NCBI GenBank assembly: GCA_964016885.1 | Contig: OZ024740.1 | Coordinates: 14,508,001 to 14,572,000, forward strand | Length of the DNA stretch: 64,000 bases | Reading direction: 5' to 3' | Source of the DNA: Eledone cirrhosa | Lineage: Eukaryota | Made by a program: the position numbers and the translations under genes | Part shown: piece after piece, positions 58,251-64,000 of the stretch | How the letters are laid out: every line of letters starts with the position of its first letter | Numbering within the stretch: position 1 is the first letter of the stretch | The notes under the pieces: generated by a model | Databases searched by the model: none | The model's input: the letters and a program-made list of their open reading frames with translations, nothing else | What the model was told of the DNA's origin: nothing

Positions 58251-58858
58251 CAGGTCACCAGTTGGTGCTACTGGTAACATGTATCCAAGTACAACCTGTC
58301 TCATGGTCGGGTCGTTGGCGACTAAACTGGCAACGCCACCAAGGTTTCTTGGTGAGGAGGGTGACTTTGGACATCCTGCAGGACTAAAAACAAAATCTGT
58401 CAAAGGGAAAAGGAGCTCTTAAGAGTCAATGGCCATCCAAAATCACCGGGAGAGATGACCCCTTAGCCTTTGTCAAGGCAGAATTCTAGGAGAAGGAAAA
58501 CTCTGATATAACACCTGCAACCCTGTTGGTATCCAATGATGTTGACTTGTTCTTCTTTTTGGTAAATATCATCTTGGTTAAGAGAGTGGGACTGGCTTTG
58601 TGCAGTGCCTTTGTTCACTATAAAAGCTTCACGGCACAGGCATTACTTTATATCTGGAGATCTCTCTGCACTTGTCGTCACAGGGTACCATGTGCCCAGC
58701 ACTATGTGTCAATAATTGTCACAAGTGTAGTGTTTGTACCAGAGTTTTCAAGTCGCTGGCTGGACTAAAATGTCACACTCATTCAACGCATCAGTAGGGG
58801 TTCTCCTAAATGGATATAAAGTAGTGGCCGTACTCGAGAACGAGTTGGCAGCCACCAT
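58251..58858 (+). mobile_element. Full-length ~608-bp non-autonomous RTE derivative
   Basis: Reverse complement of 40684-41292 with the same 5' end (CAGGTCACCAG) and 3' end (GAGTTGGCAG.CACCAT). Confidence 0.85.
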
Positions 58859-58933
58859 ATATATATATATATATAGTAACGAAACATAAGTCAATTGCAT
58901 GAACTCATAATCCTTTATAATAATCCTTTATTT

Positions 58934-58989
58934 ACTGCTATATATATTTCGATGATAGCCATTGAATGGCTATGACCTCATCAGGCAGT
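58934..58989 (-). ncRNA. Type I minimal hammerhead ribozyme (AUA site)
   Basis: Minus strand ACTGC-CTGATGA-GGT-c-ATAGCCA-TTCAA-TGGCTAT-c-ATC-GAAA-TATATA-TA-GCAGT, followed by AATAAA. Confidence 0.85.
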
Positions 58990-59034
58990 TAGTCGGTTCT
59001 CTGTGTTTTTAGTGTTGATGGTATCAGAGCCTTG

Positions 59035-59038
<4 letters not shown>

Positions 59039-59093
<55 letters not shown>

Positions 59094-59233
59094 TGTATAT
59101 GTGTATATATATGTGCACATATGTGTATATATGTATATATATACATATATATATATATATGTGTGTATATATATGTGTATATATATTTGTATATGTATGT
59201 GTATGTGTGTGTGTGTATATATGTGTGTATTTG

Positions 59234-59280
<47 letters not shown>

Positions 59281-59327
59281 ATGTAGATGTGTATATATGT
59301 ATATATATGCATATATATATGTATATA

Positions 59328-59390
<63 letters not shown>

Positions 59391-59483
59391 GTATATATAT
59401 ATATGTATATGTATATATATGTATATATATATATGTATATGTATATATATGTATATATATATATGTATATGTATATATATGTG

Positions 59484-59522
<39 letters not shown>

Positions 59523-59912
59523 ATGTATGTATATATATATATGTATATATATATATATGTATGTATATATATATGTGTGTGTGTGTATGTATGTATATAT
59601 AAATATATGTATATATATATATATATATGTGTGTGTATATATATATTTGTGTGTATATGTTTGTGTGTATATATATGTATATATATATGTATATATATAT
59701 ATGTATGTATGTATATATATGTATGTATGTATATATATATGTATATATATATATATATGTGTGTATATTTATATATATATGTGTATATATATATTATGTG
59801 TGTATATATGTATATATATATTATGTGTGTATATATGTATATATATGTGTATATATATATATATATATGTATGTGTGTGGGTGTGCGTGTGTGTGTGTGC
59901 GTGTGTGTTTGT
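59039..59912. repeat. Long degenerate (TA/TG)n microsatellite
   Basis: Direct reading. Confidence 0.97.
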
Positions 59913-60339
59913 GAATGTGTCTTTTAACACCTGGAATATAGCTTAAGAGAAATTTGAAGATAATGATATGATAGGCACCCAATATGTTGAACTGGTCTAT
60001 AGAATTCTTTTAGTAGAACTTTAAAGAATTAGCTTTTAAAGAATTTCCCTTTTCTTTAAATCCTTCAACCATGACCGACCCTCAATGATCTTATAGACAC
60101 CTGAAATATAGGCATTGTTAGCTTAAGAGAAACTTAAAAATAAGGAGTGGCACCCCAATCTGAACTTGTTTATAGAATTCTTTCTGCCTTTGTCACTCTA
60201 AATATAAATTATAGCTTTAAAGAATTAGCTTTTAATGAATTTCCTTTTCTATCAACCAATGACGTCTACCCATCCCACTCCCCAACCTCTCCTACCACCC
60301 GAAAAGACCTATATATACCACTTTTATTTTTGGATACCC

Positions 60340-60390
60340 AGATTCCTGATGATTTCTAAAGAATGAAACAGTTCTAGTCCTGTAGAATCT
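60340..60390 (+). ncRNA. Type I hammerhead ribozyme (GUA site), fully paired stems I and III
   Basis: AGATTC-CTGATGA-T-TTC-TAAA-GAA-T-GAAA; stem III ACAG-TTCTAGTC-CTGT; cleavage after A60384; 3' strand GAATCT. Confidence 0.8.
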
Positions 60391-60577
60391 CATCTACATT
60401 AAAACTATGTGTATATGTATATATATATATATATATATTTAAGAAAGTAAAAATCAAAAACAAAATAAAGTTTTAAAAAAGGGGTGGCGGGCGTGTTGAC
60501 AACGATAGGTGTGAGTGTGCGGGGAGGGGGGGGATAAATAAAAACGACTTAAATATAAACAAATACACAGGATATGC

Positions 60578-60622
<45 letters not shown>

Positions 60623-60626
<4 letters not shown>

Positions 60627-62068
60627 TTCCCATTGTTCAGTTCTGAGAGCATTCCTCAGTCAGAAGTCTATAGAATTCTTTCTGGGGTGAGGCTCCCTGT
60701 AGTGTTTATGCCTACTATTGTTCAGTACATTTGACCTCCACCATTATTTTGGTACTGTTGTTGTTGTAGTGGTCAGCTTATACCTTGCTGCTGCTAACAA
60801 TTTAGAAGTATTCAGGGAACAACCCAGGCGGAGCAGACACCATGATAGCCTAGAGATAGAATCGGACACAGCCATAATAATCTGGCCAACATCTATAACA
60901 CAAACACTTTTAATTTACCAGATTTCTGACTTTAAAGTTCCAATCTTAAATCTTGATTTCTCTTTATTAATTTGTTATTTGTTTTCTGCCCTCTTCACTG
61001 TATAACCTTATATTTATTTTAAGTTGAGATAGATTATAACACAAACACATTGAATATCTCATCTTAACATCTTGTCTCATACCAATCTATCCAACATATT
61101 CTGACCTTGAGATTGGTTATAGCACACACACACACACACTTTATCCTACATTATTTCTCACTTCTCCATATACATTATCATTACTTTTTCACCAATCTCT
61201 CATTTACTCTTTATTCTTTATTCTCTATTTATTTATTTATTTTCAAATTACACAAATTATATTAATTATTTTATTTTATTATATTATTTATTTATCTTCT
61301 GTTTTCTTCATTTATTGCCTTATATTTCTTCATATACATGAAAGAACCCCCCCCCCCGCCACCACCACTACGATGGTGGCGGGTGGGATGAAGAGAAAAC
61401 ACAAACTGAATACTTCTAAATTGTTAGCAGCAGCAAGGTATAAGCTGACCACTACAACAACAACAGTACCAAAATAATGGTGGAGGTCAAATGTACTGAA
61501 CAATAGTAGGCATAAACACTACAGGGAGCCTCACCCCAGAAAGAATTCTATAGACTTCTGACTGAGGAATGCTCTCAGAACTGAACAATGGGAAGTTTGA
61601 CACATTTTTTGATATTTTGTTCCTTCAACACCTTGTCCCTTCTACCATTTTATCAATTTTTAAGCTAACTCCAACAATGACAACACTAATAACTGACCAA
61701 TGAGAGGAGAAGGGGACCTGTGACACGAACATTCGTTTGTTTGAATTCATATGACTCCAGTTCCCCAGTGAATTAACAACCCAGCAAGGAACTGGGCATA
61801 TCAGTGTATTGACAATATCATACACCTAAACAACATATATACTTGTCTATACCATACTAATTCAAACTGCCTGAAGAGGTCACAGCCAAAGATGGCTGTC
61901 ACTGAAATATATATAGCAGTAATAAACGAAGCTAAATTTTAATCATTTGACTTTTATTTAACTTTATTTTACACTACTCCGGAGTAACCAAACCAACCTG
62001 CGCACTTCGTCGAGTGCTCCAGCCTGCATACTGAGGTGTTGGTATACAACCAACATAAACTCAAAATC
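60623..62068 (+). mobile_element. PLE-like remnant with a ~193-bp inverted repeat and a hammerhead-bearing 3' end
   Basis: 60623-60815 is the reverse complement of 61407-61598. Hammerhead at 61866. The terminus 61934-62068 is shared with 51324-51458. (TA)n on both sides. Confidence 0.7.
61866..61920 (+). ncRNA. Type I minimal hammerhead ribozyme (AUA site)
   Basis: ACTGC-CTGAAGA-GGT-c-ACAGCCA-AAGA-TGGCTGT-c-ACT-GAAA-TATATA-TA-GCAGT-AATAAA. Stem II covaries with 58934-58989. Confidence 0.87.
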
Positions 62069-62240
62069 TATATATATATATATATATACATACACATATA
62101 CACATATACAAGCATATATACCTATACACACATGCAAACACACACACGTATATATGTGTATATGTATATATATATATATAAAATAAATATACGTACACAC
62201 ACATACTTGTGCATACATATACACACACACACACACACAT

Positions 62241-62300
<60 letters not shown>

Positions 62301-62384
62301 GTAAATATGTATGTATACATACATATATGTATAGAGACGTACAGTAGTATGTATATATATATACATACATGCACACATATATAT

Positions 62385-63445
62385 ACCAGATAGAAAAATG
62401 CGTACAGCAAAAAAAAGTAATATTGTTGGAATATAAACCTTTAAAAATACACGACAAGAAACTAAGATAAAACTTTAAAAGAATAGGACAAGAAACTAAG
62501 ATAAAACTTTAAAGAATTGGACAAGAAATAAAAAATTTTACAATAATATTAGTGGCAAAATTTTTATTGGTAAAAAATCGAGTTCCACATTCATAGGCTC
62601 TGGGTTCCACATTCAGAGGTCGTCGTCAGACCGGGGGGATCATTTGATCCTGGTTTGAACACCAATTGGGCCATAACCATACCCCTATTTCATCATTCGG
62701 CGACACGCCTCATGTGTCATGCATAATGTGAATGGACCCATGGGCCCATGAGCACAGATCTTGAGCAGCAGCGGACGGTCTTGTCGTCCCGCTCATCCTT
62801 GATCTTGACCAACCCGTCCATCTTCTCCTTGCATCTTGTCCTTGAGTTCAAGTCCGGCAGTCCAGATGAATGCGTGCCACAGCTTTCTGGTACAGGAAGG
62901 GGGATCAGGAGGACTGGAGGGATGACGGGACAGAGGGAGGGAGGACCGGTGGTTGAGGGAGGTGCCGTAGTCGGTGGTCAGAGTCGACATCTTGTCCCGG
63001 TCGTCTTCTCCATCTTCGTCTGGTGTTGCGGGACCAGAAGTGCATTCTTGGAAGAGACCTGCAGCTGCATCGGCCAATTCTTCTTGCAATGGTCATTCTG
63101 ACGGAGCAGAACTGCTCAGCCAACCAACCCCAACCAGAACCAACCGCTCAGGGGCAACGCACAATGAGAGCATGACAATTATTATGCACTAATCAAGAAG
63201 ATACTGGGGCATAGCACAGGAAACGAATAAAAAAATTTGGCCACTAATATTATTGTAAAACTTTTTATTTCTTGTCCAATTCTTTAAAGTTTTATCTTAG
63301 TTTCTTGTCCTATTCTTTTAAAGTTTTATCTTAGTTTCTTGTCCTATTCTTTTAAAGTTTTATTTTAGTTTCTTGTCCTGTATTTTTAAAGGTTTATATT
63401 CCAACAATATTACTTTTTTTTGCTGTACGCATTTTTCTATCTGGT
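62385..63445. mobile_element. Non-autonomous TIR element with a GC-rich interior
   Basis: TIRs 62385-62568 / 63226-63445 (ACCAGATAGAAAAATGCG...) contain ~34-bp subterminal tandem repeats, one more copy on the right. Confidence 0.8.
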
Positions 63446-63717
63446 CTACTATTTTTTAAGGCAATGCAAGCAACAACTATCTAATAATTAAATGATCATA
63501 GTGAATTACTGACAAGTGATTGACATTTTAAAGTTCTTTTGAGTATAATTGCAATCTAGTTGAGGCAACTGGCTTAATGACAAAGCTAGTAAATCATGAA
63601 TGCATTTGAGATGATTAGTGCATAATAGTGAATTGGTGAAACTTGTGCATTTTAATGGTGTTACAACAATAGATGTAAGTTATATAGTAGTAATACTTTA
63701 TCATTTTAACTTTTTAG

Positions 63718-64000
63718 AATGGACAAAAACCCATGCAAAGAAATGACTTTGACTGCAGTGATTCTCTCCAATTTACTTACAAATCAAAACGTGGTCAAAT
63801 ACCTTATCATCTCTGATAAAATGCCCATTGAATCACTGAAAATCGGATGCATGGAATTCCTCATAAAATGCACCTATGAATCGGAAGCCATCACATATAT
63901 TAATGGATATAGGGAGTTGTTCACACTGGAAGACCATAACTTCATTTGTGACTTCATCAGTTATCTCCACGATTATCTCAGACACCCAATGCCATTGATG
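63718..64000 (+). CDS. Possible exon or ORF resembling the post-BTB BACK region of SPOP/kelch-type proteins; open to the window end
   Basis: Acceptor-like TTTTAACTTTTTAG ends at 63717. 94 stop-free codons from ATG 63719: MDKNPCKEMTLTAVILSNLLTNQNVVKYLIISDKMPIESLKIGCMEFLIKC... The similarity was judged by eye. Confidence 0.35.

Larger units (their letters stand above)
57491..60406. mobile_element. PLE-like fold-back pair (arms ~57561-57923 and ~60043-60406) with nested insertions
   Basis: ~360-bp inverted repeat with a hammerhead in each arm. EKLKNKEWHPNLN near 60128-60166 resembles a GIY-YIG terminal E..P.LN motif. Confidence 0.75.

Noticed and set aside
58253-58380. HDV-like ribozyme at the 5' end of the RTE derivative (GGTCACC/GGTGACT could form P1 with a G-U pair)
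   Set aside because: I could not assign P1.1, P3/L3 or P2 in the required order. A descriptor search would be needed.
60816-60960. Possible decayed GIY-YIG C-terminus (LEIES..II..)
   Set aside because: It needs frameshifts and the motifs are too weak to call by eye.

Overview
Eukaryotic, AT-rich, almost entirely repetitive DNA. It is probably from a mollusc or octopus; this is an inference from the SINE type and the extreme microsatellite load. Positions 1-27589 are a 40-bp tandem satellite with higher-order structure. The rest is a nest of retroelements sitting in microsatellites: three head-to-tail decayed R4/Dong-like RLE LINE copies, a decayed RTE LINE with three C-terminal C2H2 fingers, ~600-bp non-autonomous RTE derivatives, tRNA-derived SINEs, two long-TIR non-autonomous elements, and many Penelope-like (PLE) remnants in fold-back arrangements, one with a GIY-YIG ORF. 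Three observations stand out. (1) About nine type-I hammerhead ribozyme folds of about five sequence families, plus two degenerate ones, sit in the PLE-like termini; one lies in a ~190-bp hairpin mini-element whose inverted repeat extends into the flanking microsatellite. (2) A 3.1-kb 31-bp satellite was amplified from inside the coding sequence of the local R4-like LINE, with both LINE flanks still present. (3) A possible BTB-BACK-like coding segment runs off the right edge. Most ORFs in the supplied track are repeat-translation artefacts. All folds and alignments were done by eye.
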